Assembly: GCA_037140275.1 (NCBI GenBank)
Contig: JBAXET010000001.1
Span: 1,160-65,159, forward strand
Length of the DNA: 64,000 nt
Origin: Ferruginibacter sp.
GTDB taxonomy: Bacteria > Bacteroidota > Bacteroidia > Chitinophagales > Chitinophagaceae
Reading direction: 5' to 3'
Shown: one piece after another, positions 37,384 to 46,294 of the stretch
Layout: each line of letters begins with the position of its first letter
Numbering within the stretch: the first letter of the stretch is position 1
The notes under the pieces: model-generated
The model's database searches: none
What the model was told of the DNA's origin: nothing
What the model saw: the letters and a program-made list of their open reading frames with translations, nothing else
Position numbers and translations under genes: made by a program

Positions 37384-38688
37384 TTAAGGATCTATCGGTT
37401 CTGTTGGATTGATGTGTAAGGCTTCTATCAAAGGATAAAATTCTATTTCGGTTTCGCTCAACCGTACCCCATTTTTATAAGGCGCCTCATTCAATTCTTT
37501 TATACAACGTGCAATTAAAGTATTGCCAATCATATTGCTTTGCCCTTTAGTGGTGCAGGTAATTCCCGGTTTATCAAAGGGCATTCCGTAACGGAACATC
37601 AGGCGTGCAGTGTTTCGCATATTAGTGGTGGTATGCCTGGCGTGCGGATCTATAATGATGGCATTGGCCGGAATACCCAGCTTTTCTATCATGTATTGTT
37701 TCATTTCTGTAGCCTCACAAAATTTTGTTTTATAGGGATGTACTTTACCACCGGAAGTAACTATAAATGGAGCCAATCCTTTTTTATACTGAATTGCTGC
37801 AAGCCTGCAACGCAACATCCCTTCTGCACTTAATGCCACTTGTGGTTCGTCAGGACCCGCTCCCGGTATCATTATCACCGAATATTTATAACTCTGCCAA
37901 TTGATATTTTTTATCCTGTCAGCTGCCGGTTTATTTTCGCCTTTAGCCATTGGTTCAAAATCAGCTGCCTGTTCTCTTTCATTCATTTCTAAAAAATGAA
38001 GTGCAAATGTTAGTGAGGGGTAAAAAAATAATTTATTTCCGTTACTTTCTACTGCTACCAGAGATGTGGTGTTATATAATAAACCAACATAGTTATATGG
38101 GTAGGTATTGGTATTGCGGGGGTCTTTGGTATTAAAGCTTATAGAATCTATTAAAGGATAATTGGGTTTATTACCTCCGGCATATACACCAATGCAAAAA
38201 TTAATACCATTGGCATCCTGCTCCCAGGCTTTTAGCAACATTTCTTTTGGAGATATATTTTGAAATAGAACATAATAGCCGGATGGAACTAAATGATCCC
38301 TTACCAGTTTACCCAATGCATTTTGCGGCTGATACAAATCGTTTAATCTTTCACTTACTTTTTTTATTTCAGTTTCTGTGAACCGCATTCTGTTTAAATA
38401 ACATAGACCGTCTCTGCCGCAATTCATCAGTCCGGCAGATAATGAATCGCTTTTTATTGTTGTAATACCCGCTAATATTTCATCGGCTTCCAGCAATTTT
38501 TTTACTTCCGGCAACTGCTGAAATAAAGTAAGTAAGTAATAATTTTTTGACTGAACAAAATTATTGCCTTTTATCAGTTGATATTTGGGATCGGGACTGT
38601 TTTTTTGTGAAAAAGAGGAAAGGGATATCAGGCAGCAAATCACCTGAAAATAAACGAAATAATACCTGCAATTTATTTTCGGAAACAT
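37384..38688 (-). CDS. exported protein with C-terminal DUF218 (YdcF/SanA/ElyC-like) domain and an unassigned N-terminal domain of about 260 aa
   Basis: Signal-like N-terminus ...VICCLISLSSFSQ. The C-terminal stretch VIMIPGAGPDE...FIVTSGGKVHPY...EATEMKQYMIEKLGIPANAIIIDPHARHTTTN matches the DUF218 pattern. Confidence 0.55.
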   Translation of the reverse strand: MFPKINCRYYFVYFQVICCLISLSSFSQKNSPDPKYQLIKGNNFVQSKNYYLLTLFQQLPEVKKLLEADEILAGITTIKSDSLSAGLMNCGRDGLCYLNRMRFTETEIKKVSERLNDLYQPQNALGKLVRDHLVPSGYYVLFQNISPKEMLLKAWEQDANGINFCIGVYAGGNKPNYPLIDSISFNTKDPRNTNTYPYNYVGLLYNTTSLVAVESNGNKLFFYPSLTFALHFLEMNEREQAADFEPMAKGENKPAADRIKNINWQSYKYSVIMIPGAGPDEPQVALSAEGMLRCRLAAIQYKKGLAPFIVTSGGKVHPYKTKFCEATEMKQYMIEKLGIPANAIIIDPHARHTTTNMRNTARLMFRYGMPFDKPGITCTTKGQSNMIGNTLIARCIKELNEAPYKNGVRLSETEIEFYPLIEALHINPTEPIDP

Positions 38689-38854
38689 AATTCATATTGA
38701 TTTGAAACGCAAATCTATAAGCGGGTATAAGTTAAAGTTCCCCGAACAACATAAATAATAATATCATGTTGTAACTATAATAATTTAATAAGAATTTCAT
38801 CATGATAACATAACAATTGAGTGTTTACTTTAAACAAATTTTAAAAAATATATT

Positions 38855-39541
38855 ATGATCAGAATGGTAGTTTTTGACATGGCCGGAACAACAGTAAATG
38901 AAGACAATGTTGTTTACAAAACACTTCAAAAAGCAATTAATGAAGAAGGGTTTGATTTTACATTAAAGCAGGTGCTAGCTGAAGGTGCTGGAATGGAAAA
39001 ATTGCAGGCCATAAAAAGTGTGTTAAAAGTTTTTGGTAATGTTGAAGATGATGCGGTGGCGTATAAGATCTATACCCGTTTTATCATTATGCTGGAAACT
39101 GCTTACGACACAATGGATATTCTGCCACAGGATAATGCTGCAGCAACTTTCAGAGAATTAAAAAACCGTAATATCCTGGTAGTGCTGAATACCGGATACA
39201 ATTCTGCTACTGCCGAATCTCTTATTACAAAATTAGGCTGGACAAAAGGAGTAGAATTTGATGGGCTGGTAACTGCTTCCGATGTACAGCATAACAGGCC
39301 CGAGCCAGATATGATTTTACTGGCGATGGAACAATTTGATATTACTGATGCTGCTGAAGTAATTAAAATAGGCGACTCTACTATTGATATTGAAGAAGGC
39401 AGAAATGCAGGATGTGCCTTCAATGTTGGCATTACTACCGGTGCACATACAAGAGAACAATTAGAAACAGCAAATCCAAGTTTCATTTTAGAGAACCTGC
39501 TGCAACTGGTAGAAAAACTGGATATCATCTCAAATAACTAA
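38855..39541 (+). CDS. phosphonatase-like HAD hydrolase (PhnX-like); probable phosphonoacetaldehyde hydrolase partner of PhnW
   Basis: VVFDMAGTTV (DxAGT). Cap Lys region GAGMEKLQAIKSVL. HNRPEPDM has Arg in place of Lys. IGDSTIDIEEGRNAG. Ends 18 nt upstream of phnW. Confidence 0.75.
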   Translation: MIRMVVFDMAGTTVNEDNVVYKTLQKAINEEGFDFTLKQVLAEGAGMEKLQAIKSVLKVFGNVEDDAVAYKIYTRFIIMLETAYDTMDILPQDNAAATFRELKNRNILVVLNTGYNSATAESLITKLGWTKGVEFDGLVTASDVQHNRPEPDMILLAMEQFDITDAAEVIKIGDSTIDIEEGRNAGCAFNVGITTGAHTREQLETANPSFILENLLQLVEKLDIISNN

Positions 39542-39559
39542 AAATTACATTTCTCATTT

Positions 39560-40654
39560 ATGGATAAAATATTATTTACTCCCGGGCCACTAACTACCAG
39601 TATGTCTGTAAAAGAAGCTATGTTACACGACTATGGTTCCCGGGATGATCTGTTCATCGGTATTATTAAAGAAATCAGGGAAGGGTTGCTGCAACTGGCC
39701 GGCGTATCCAAATCAGAAGGCTATGAAGCTGTAATTATGCAGGGCTCCGGAACTTTTGGAGTAGAATCTACTATATCATCTGCAATACCTAGTAACGGGA
39801 AATTACTTGTACTGATTAATGGCGCTTACGGAGAAAGAATTGCCCATATTGCTGCAATACACAACATACCTTTTGAAACACTGACTTGTGAAGAAAATGA
39901 CACTCCTGATCTTGAAAAAACAGAGCAGTTATTAGCCAGCGGAGAATTTACACATATGGTAATTGTACACTGCGAAACCACCACCGGCATTTTTAATCCC
40001 ATTGAAATATTTGGCAGCATCGCAAAAAAATATGGCGTTATTTATATCGTTGATTCCATGAGTGCGTTTGGCGCTGTACCATTCAATATGGCTTACTGCA
40101 ATATCGATTTTTTAATCTCGTCTTCTAATAAATGTATAGAAGGTACGCCAGGCTTTTCGTTTATACTTGCTAAAAACAGTTCACTTCTTAACTGCAAAGG
40201 ACAGGCAGATACATTAGTATTAGATTTGTATGCTCAATGGGAAGGATTAGAAAAAGATGGTCAGTTTAGGTTTACACCTCCAATTCAGGTTTTACTTTCA
40301 TTTAGGCAGGCACTTACAGAGCTGTACAAAGAAGGCGGGGTACAGGGAAGATCTGAAAGGTATATTTCTAATTTTAAAATTTTAAAATCAGGTATGCGTG
40401 CATTAGGTTTCATCGAATACCTTGATGCCGATAAACAAGGCTATATTATTAATACCTATCATTATCCCGAAAATGCATCCTTCGATTTCAAAAAATTCTA
40501 TAACGAACTTAACCAGCTTGGTTTTGTAATTTATCCGGGGAAACTTTCTAAAGCAAACTGCTTTAGAATTGGGAATATAGGCAGGCTTTTTCCGGATGAT
40601 ATTGAGCGACTTTTGGTGGCAATCAACAGTGTGAAAGTGAATATGGGATTTTAA
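39560..40654 (+). CDS. phnW: 2-aminoethylphosphonate--pyruvate transaminase
   Basis: Resembles PhnW along the full length: LFTPGPLTTS, VHCETTTGIFNPIE, IDFLISSSNKCIEGTPGF (PLP lysine), LDLYAQW and GFVIYPGKLSKANCFRIGNIG. 364 aa. Confidence 0.9.
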   Translation: MDKILFTPGPLTTSMSVKEAMLHDYGSRDDLFIGIIKEIREGLLQLAGVSKSEGYEAVIMQGSGTFGVESTISSAIPSNGKLLVLINGAYGERIAHIAAIHNIPFETLTCEENDTPDLEKTEQLLASGEFTHMVIVHCETTTGIFNPIEIFGSIAKKYGVIYIVDSMSAFGAVPFNMAYCNIDFLISSSNKCIEGTPGFSFILAKNSSLLNCKGQADTLVLDLYAQWEGLEKDGQFRFTPPIQVLLSFRQALTELYKEGGVQGRSERYISNFKILKSGMRALGFIEYLDADKQGYIINTYHYPENASFDFKKFYNELNQLGFVIYPGKLSKANCFRIGNIGRLFPDDIERLLVAINSVKVNMGF

Positions 40655-40682
40655 TGTGATTGCAAATTTATTATTGTATACA

Positions 40683-40722
40683 ATACAGAAGGGGGTGATT
40701 AATCATCCCCTTCTGTATTTTT
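40683..40722 (+). terminator. rho-independent terminator of the phnX-like/phnW unit; it overlaps the 3' end of the convergent gene
   Basis: 12-bp stem ATACAGAAGGGG (40683-40694) / CCCCTTCTGTAT (40707-40718), followed by T5 (40718-40722). The right arm encodes the last codons of the minus-strand 813-aa ORF. Confidence 0.75.
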
Positions 40723-43140
40723 AATAGGTTGTACAAATGCAGCACGAACCGGAACCGGCACTTTTGCATTTTCGCCCTTAATACTTTTCCATACCATAGC
40801 GTTCATCAGTTCATCAGAAACACGATCTATCTCCGAAAAATTTAGTCCCTTAGCCATGGCTGCCAACTTGGTGCCTCCCGGATTAACATCATTTAAATTC
40901 ACCGTAACAGGAAGACTTTTAAAAGCGGTATTATCCGGAGTTTTACTGAAAGAACGCCACATAGGAGTAGCTGATGCATCATACTGGCTCATTGGCGGAA
41001 GTCCGAGAATAAGTTCGATGGTACGCAGCATGGATGAAGACGAATACATGGTATGATCAACAAAATTACGTTTAACATAGCCGCCGGCCAGATAAGCTGT
41101 AGTGCGATGTGCATCCACATGATCGGGTCCATTTTGTGCATCATCTTCTGCAATGAATATTACAGTATTTTCCCAAATAGCACTCTTGCTTAAATACTCC
41201 ACCATCATACCAATAGCAAGATCATTATCTGCCACATGTGCAAAAGGAGTTGGTCTTCCTGCAGCCGTTCCTTCTGTATGATCACTTAACATCCTAAAAG
41301 TATTGAGCCGGGGCAATGCATTTATTTTAAGTAATGAATCAAAGTCATTTTTCCACATGCGAAAACGGGTGGTGTCCGTATCCCTTAAATCACCTGTAGG
41401 ATAAGCTGCAGCAAAATGATCTTTTAATACCGGAATCCTTGGTGTGTTATTGCCATTTACAAATTCACCATAAGTACGATAGCTTACATTAAAACGGTTG
41501 GCCTGATCCCAGATATATAATTTATTGAGGCCGGTTTCACCAATGGCACCTTTACCTCTTCCTCCATAACTGGTGGGCCAGTTTTTTTCCATATAATCCG
41601 TTGCATAGGCACCCAAACACCAGTTATGACCATCAGCACTTACTTCACCATCAACATAAAAATTATCAAGCAATACAAAATTATCCACCAGTGAATGATG
41701 ATTAGGCGTGATATTTCGTCCAAATAAAAGCAGGCTGGTATCCCCATTTCCCTTGGGCATATCTGATAATACCTGATCGTAAGTACGGTTTTCTTTAATA
41801 ATATAAAATACATATTTAATGGGCGATGAGTCTCCTATTTTACGGGGAATAGGGTTTCCTTCTTCTCCATTAGCAATTGATTCCTGCTCCTGATTATATG
41901 GGGTATTGTGATACACTGCTTGTGAGTACACTGCTAATGCAGCAACATCCGGCAAAGGAATAATACTTAAAGTGCCAGTAAATAAACCTCCGATATATTG
42001 TACTTGTTTAGGCTGGGATGTATCACCTGCATGAAGCAAAACGGCTTGCTTTTTAGCAATAGGATTTGGACCATTTGGATTGGCCAATGAAGAAAATCCT
42101 TTTCCATTGGCTACAAATAATTTATTATCAATTACCCTCACTGTAGTAGGATACCATCCTGTAGGAACAAATCCAAGCGAATGGCTGTATCCCGGTTTAC
42201 TTACATCAAAAACTGCCAGACAGTTATTATCGGCATTAGCCACATACAATGTTTTATCGTTATTGCTTAAAGCAACAGAATTACTTGTAGTGCCACTCAG
42301 CTTTGTTGGATAAACAGCTGTATTAAGGGTTTCCAATACTTTTGATTTTTTTAAATCAATTACTGAAACTGTGTTGTCATTTGCATTGGTAACATACAGA
42401 TACCGGCCATTACGGGAAAGACAAAGATCATTGGGGTTATCTCCTACTTCGATAGAATCAGTAATTGTATTTTTTCTGGTATCAAATGTTACTACTTTAT
42501 CGCTTCCCCAAAGGCTGATGTATAATTTAGACTGATCATTTGATAAAAGGCAGGTATATGCTTCTGTGCCCAATTCAATTTTATTTTGAATAGCTTTTGT
42601 TTTTAAATCAATCAGGTAAAGGCTGTTATCCTGTTTGGTTACAACATACATAATGCCTTTCTTATCATCAATTGCCAGCCCTGTGGGAGAAATAGCGGGC
42701 GCATTTTTTTGTTTACTCCAAATACTACCTAGTCTGAAGGTATCACTGGCAATTAATTTATTATTAGTTATAGCATAACGCAGAATCCAGTTATTATCGC
42801 CCCCGGAAACATATAACGATTGTTCATCTGCACTGAATGTCAGACCACCCCAGGCTTTACCAATCACCAGTTTATCTAATTCAATATCATTCTTTGCATC
42901 CAGTAATTGAATAGATTGAACACTTTGACCGTTGTTGGTAACTGCAGCATAACGATGCTGCTTACTTACTGCAATATTTAAAGGAAGGTCACCCAATGGA
43001 AGGCTTTTGCCTACAGGCGTTAAAGACCATCCATTAGGGAGTGTTACTCTTTTTTGCTCAATAGAATTAAGATCCTGTGCCTGTAAAAAGTTAAACGTCA
43101 ATAACAGGGAGAAAAAAGATAGTATTTTATTCGGTGCCAT
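40699..43140 (-). CDS. exported YVTN beta-propeller plus phosphoesterase (PLC/AcpA family) fusion; paralog of 23280-26048
   Basis: Signal peptide ...LLLTFNFLQAQ. Blades RYAAVTNNGQSVQ, QSLYVSGGDNNWILRY, RYLYVTNANDNTVSVIDL and KTLYVANADNNCLAVFDV. C-terminal motifs IKYVFYIIKENRTYDQV and IAEDDAQNGPDHVDAHRT. Confidence 0.75.
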   Translation of the reverse strand: MAPNKILSFFSLLLTFNFLQAQDLNSIEQKRVTLPNGWSLTPVGKSLPLGDLPLNIAVSKQHRYAAVTNNGQSVQSIQLLDAKNDIELDKLVIGKAWGGLTFSADEQSLYVSGGDNNWILRYAITNNKLIASDTFRLGSIWSKQKNAPAISPTGLAIDDKKGIMYVVTKQDNSLYLIDLKTKAIQNKIELGTEAYTCLLSNDQSKLYISLWGSDKVVTFDTRKNTITDSIEVGDNPNDLCLSRNGRYLYVTNANDNTVSVIDLKKSKVLETLNTAVYPTKLSGTTSNSVALSNNDKTLYVANADNNCLAVFDVSKPGYSHSLGFVPTGWYPTTVRVIDNKLFVANGKGFSSLANPNGPNPIAKKQAVLLHAGDTSQPKQVQYIGGLFTGTLSIIPLPDVAALAVYSQAVYHNTPYNQEQESIANGEEGNPIPRKIGDSSPIKYVFYIIKENRTYDQVLSDMPKGNGDTSLLLFGRNITPNHHSLVDNFVLLDNFYVDGEVSADGHNWCLGAYATDYMEKNWPTSYGGRGKGAIGETGLNKLYIWDQANRFNVSYRTYGEFVNGNNTPRIPVLKDHFAAAYPTGDLRDTDTTRFRMWKNDFDSLLKINALPRLNTFRMLSDHTEGTAAGRPTPFAHVADNDLAIGMMVEYLSKSAIWENTVIFIAEDDAQNGPDHVDAHRTTAYLAGGYVKRNFVDHTMYSSSSMLRTIELILGLPPMSQYDASATPMWRSFSKTPDNTAFKSLPVTVNLNDVNPGGTKLAAMAKGLNFSEIDRVSDELMNAMVWKSIKGENAKVPVPVRAAFVQPIKNTEGDD

Positions 43141-43346
43141 AATTTTAAGTTTATCAATTCCACTAAAACCTGAAATTAGGGAAGAATAAAATTCTTTTAC
43201 GCAATCAGAAATTATTTCTTCATTATCATTTTAATTACGGTTAAACTCTTTTACTACCCTGCTGGTGTTTGTTATTTTTAAATAAACTACAGGAATGTAG
43301 AAATAGTAAAATGATACATTGAAAATTACAGCACAGTAAGTTGTAC

Positions 43347-44618
43347 CTATTTTTTTGTAAAATATTTAAGGGATAACCAGGAAAGCGGTACCAGTAATGC
43401 AGCAAGAATAAAAAAAGAGGTATAATTTGTTTGGGTGAGCACCGGCACCATCCAGGTAGTGATCAGTATTCCCAATACAGCTGCAGTGCCACCCATTCCG
43501 GCAACGGTACCTACATTTTTTCCATTAAACAGATCGGATGGTATGGTTTGAATGTTGCCAATAAAAAACTGAAATCCAAAAAGTGTGATACTGATTAAGC
43601 CAATAGTAATTTCCGGCTGATCTTTTAAATGATTAAGCAGCAACACAATTACAATTAATGAAATCAGCATGATTATACTGCCGATTGTAATGGCATTTTT
43701 TCTTGCAGTAACTGCATTAACTCCTTTTTTTATTTGCCTGGAGGAATAAAAGCCCCCTATTAAACTGCCTAAAGCAGCTAATAAATAAGGGAACCAGGCA
43801 AAAGCACCTATTTGTTTTATATCAAAAGCAAATTGTTCTTTTAAAAATGTAGGCAGCCATGTTACAAATAACCACCAAACAGGATCTATAAAAAAACGGG
43901 GGGAAATAACAGCCCATGTATTTTTAAAGGCCAGTAATTCTTTCCAGGTATAAACTTTAATTGTTTCAGCATTTTTTTCCTTTGCGGCAGTAGTTTCTGT
44001 AATATAGTCCTGTTCCTTTTTGGTTATCCAGGGATGTTTATCCGGAGTGGATTTATTAATAATCAACCAGGGAATCAGCCATACTAATCCTAACAGGGCA
44101 ATACTTGCAAAAGTGCCTTGCCAGCCAATCAACAGATATAATGATGCAATAATTGGCGCACTTACTACCGAACCCAATGATGCACCTGCCCCAAAAATAC
44201 CCTGTGCTATAGCCCGTTCTTTTGGAGGAAACCATTCTGCATTACTTTTGGTGGCACCCGGCCAATTACCTGCTTCGCTGATGCCCAGTAAAAAACGAAA
44301 AATACTAAAAGAAGAAATACCTTTTGCCAGCGCATGAAGTGCAATAGATATACTCCATGCCGCAATAGAATACGCCATTCCCAGTCTTGTGCCAATCGCA
44401 TCCATCATTTTGCCGGTTACCGTTTGCCCTATAGCATAAGCAATCATAAAAAAAGTGGTAAGTAAGGCTAATGCATTTTTATTATCCGCATCGGCAATGC
44501 CAAAATCTTTATAAATATAGGGCCACATAATATTGATGGCACTGCGGTCAATATAATTGATCACAGTGGCTAACCCAATCAGGGTAATGATCCACCAGCG
44601 GAGGCCTGTAATTTTCAT
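43347..44618 (-). CDS. MFS transporter, anion:cation symporter (hexuronate ExuT-like) family
   Basis: RWWIITLIGLATVINYIDRSAINIMWP N-terminus. 12 TM segments, 423 aa. Adjacent to kduI and kduD. Confidence 0.75.
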   Translation of the reverse strand: MKITGLRWWIITLIGLATVINYIDRSAINIMWPYIYKDFGIADADNKNALALLTTFFMIAYAIGQTVTGKMMDAIGTRLGMAYSIAAWSISIALHALAKGISSFSIFRFLLGISEAGNWPGATKSNAEWFPPKERAIAQGIFGAGASLGSVVSAPIIASLYLLIGWQGTFASIALLGLVWLIPWLIINKSTPDKHPWITKKEQDYITETTAAKEKNAETIKVYTWKELLAFKNTWAVISPRFFIDPVWWLFVTWLPTFLKEQFAFDIKQIGAFAWFPYLLAALGSLIGGFYSSRQIKKGVNAVTARKNAITIGSIIMLISLIVIVLLLNHLKDQPEITIGLISITLFGFQFFIGNIQTIPSDLFNGKNVGTVAGMGGTAAVLGILITTWMVPVLTQTNYTSFFILAALLVPLSWLSLKYFTKK

Positions 44619-44632
44619 TATTTTTATTATTA

Positions 44633-45463
44633 TTATTTAAGAGAAGCTATGGGCTGGGGATCCATATCCGTAAACTCTTTATTTTCTCCTGCCATACCCC
44701 ATATAAAACCATAACTGGCAGTACCAACACCAAAGTGCATGCTCCATGGAGCAGAGATGGCCACTTCATTATTGGCAATTACCAAATGCCTTGTTTCCTG
44801 CGGCTCTCCCATAAAATGCATTACTCTTTGAGCAGCATCTATATCAAAATAAAAATAGGCTTCCATGCGGCGGGTATGCGTATGCGGTGGAACTGAATTC
44901 CAAACACTCCCCGCCTCCAGCGTTGTTAAGCCCATCACTAACTGACAACTTTGAATACCATCATTGTGAATGTACTTATAAATGGTTCTTTTATTTGAAG
45001 TGGATATATCTCCTAAATTAACCGGAGCCGCTTCAGCTTTAGTCATCATCCTGTTTGGATAAGTATGATGTGCCGGAAGCGACAGTATATAAAAATATGC
45101 CGGTGTGTCTGCTGCATTGCTGCTAAAACTTACTTCTTTGGTTCCTTTTCCCAGATACACACATTCCAGCTTATCTATTTCATAAGTATGCCCATCTGCA
45201 GTTACGGTTCCTTTTCCTCCCACATTAATAATACCCATTTCTCTTCTTTCTAAAAAGAAATTTGCCTTCAGTTCATCTTCGTTAGGTAAACTGATGGCTG
45301 CAACGGTGGGCACTGCCCCTCCTATTATTAAACGATCAAAATGGGAATATACCAATTCAATTTTTCCGGGTTGCATTAAGTTTTGCACTAAAAAATTGTC
45401 ACGCAGTTGCTGCGTATTCATCTGGCTGGTTTCTTTCGGGCTATTTTGAAATCTGATTTGCAT
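44633..45463 (-). CDS. kduI: 5-dehydro-4-deoxy-D-glucuronate isomerase
   Basis: The start is set at the internal Met (MQIRFQNSPKE), which avoids overlap with kduD. Matches KduI along the full length: VYSHFDRLIIGGAVP, FFLERREMGIINVGG, HTHTRRMEAYFYF and GEPQETRHLV...FIWGMAGEN. Confidence 0.9.
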   Translation of the reverse strand: MQIRFQNSPKETSQMNTQQLRDNFLVQNLMQPGKIELVYSHFDRLIIGGAVPTVAAISLPNEDELKANFFLERREMGIINVGGKGTVTADGHTYEIDKLECVYLGKGTKEVSFSSNAADTPAYFYILSLPAHHTYPNRMMTKAEAAPVNLGDISTSNKRTIYKYIHNDGIQSCQLVMGLTTLEAGSVWNSVPPHTHTRRMEAYFYFDIDAAQRVMHFMGEPQETRHLVIANNEVAISAPWSMHFGVGTASYGFIWGMAGENKEFTDMDPQPIASLK

Positions 45464-45504
45464 TTTTTTAAGTATTAGGTTTAAATATTTAGTTGTAATA
45501 AATT

Positions 45505-46266
45505 TTATCTGGCCATCCATCCTCCATCTACAGTAATGATAGTACCATTGATATAATCTGAAGCCGGTGAAGAAAGGAATACATAGGCACCCGTTAAGTC
45601 GGATGTTAGTCCCCAGCGATTGGCGGGTATTCTTGCCAGGATAGCTTCACTTCTTTCAACATCTGCTCTTAGCGCTGTAGTATTATTGGTAGCAATATAT
45701 CCAGGGGCCACACCATTTACTGTAATACCATGTGGTGCCCATTCGTTAGCAAATGCTTTTAATAAGGAAGCTATGGCTCCTTTACTTGCTGCATATCCCG
45801 GAACATTGATGCCTCCCTGAAAACTTAATAATGAACAGGTGAATATAATCTTGCCATATTTTTCTGCTATCATTCTTTTACCCAACTCCCTGGTGATAAT
45901 GAATTGAGCATTCAAATTGATATCTATAATGGTATCCCAATATTCATCTGAGTGGGTAGCAGCCGGCTCTCTCATGATATGCCCAGCGTTGTTAATGATG
46001 ATATCAATTTTAGGATGATCTGATTTTACTTTATTTAAAAAAGTATATAAAGATGCTCTGTTAGAAAAATCTGCCTGATAGGGATAAAAATTTTTTCCTG
46101 CAGCTTCAATAGCTTTTGCTACCTCACTTCCGGTATCGGGTAAATTATTTGCTACGCCAATAATATCAGCGCCTGATTGTGCCAGCTCTATGGCAATATC
46201 CATTCCAATGCCACTGCTGCAGCCGGTAACTAATGCGATTTTCTGGTCTACTCTAAAATTTAACAT
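45505..46266 (-). CDS. kduD: 2-dehydro-3-deoxy-D-gluconate 5-dehydrogenase (SDR)
   Basis: KIALVTGCSSGIGMDIA cofactor motif. YAASKGAIASLLKAFANEW. C-terminus RWGLTSDLTGAYVFLSSPASDYINGTIITVDGGWMAR closely resembles KduD. Confidence 0.85.
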   Translation of the reverse strand: MLNFRVDQKIALVTGCSSGIGMDIAIELAQSGADIIGVANNLPDTGSEVAKAIEAAGKNFYPYQADFSNRASLYTFLNKVKSDHPKIDIIINNAGHIMREPAATHSDEYWDTIIDINLNAQFIITRELGKRMIAEKYGKIIFTCSLLSFQGGINVPGYAASKGAIASLLKAFANEWAPHGITVNGVAPGYIATNNTTALRADVERSEAILARIPANRWGLTSDLTGAYVFLSSPASDYINGTIITVDGGWMAR

Positions 46267-46294
46267 GTATGTTGTTTTGGTTTTTATATGCCAC

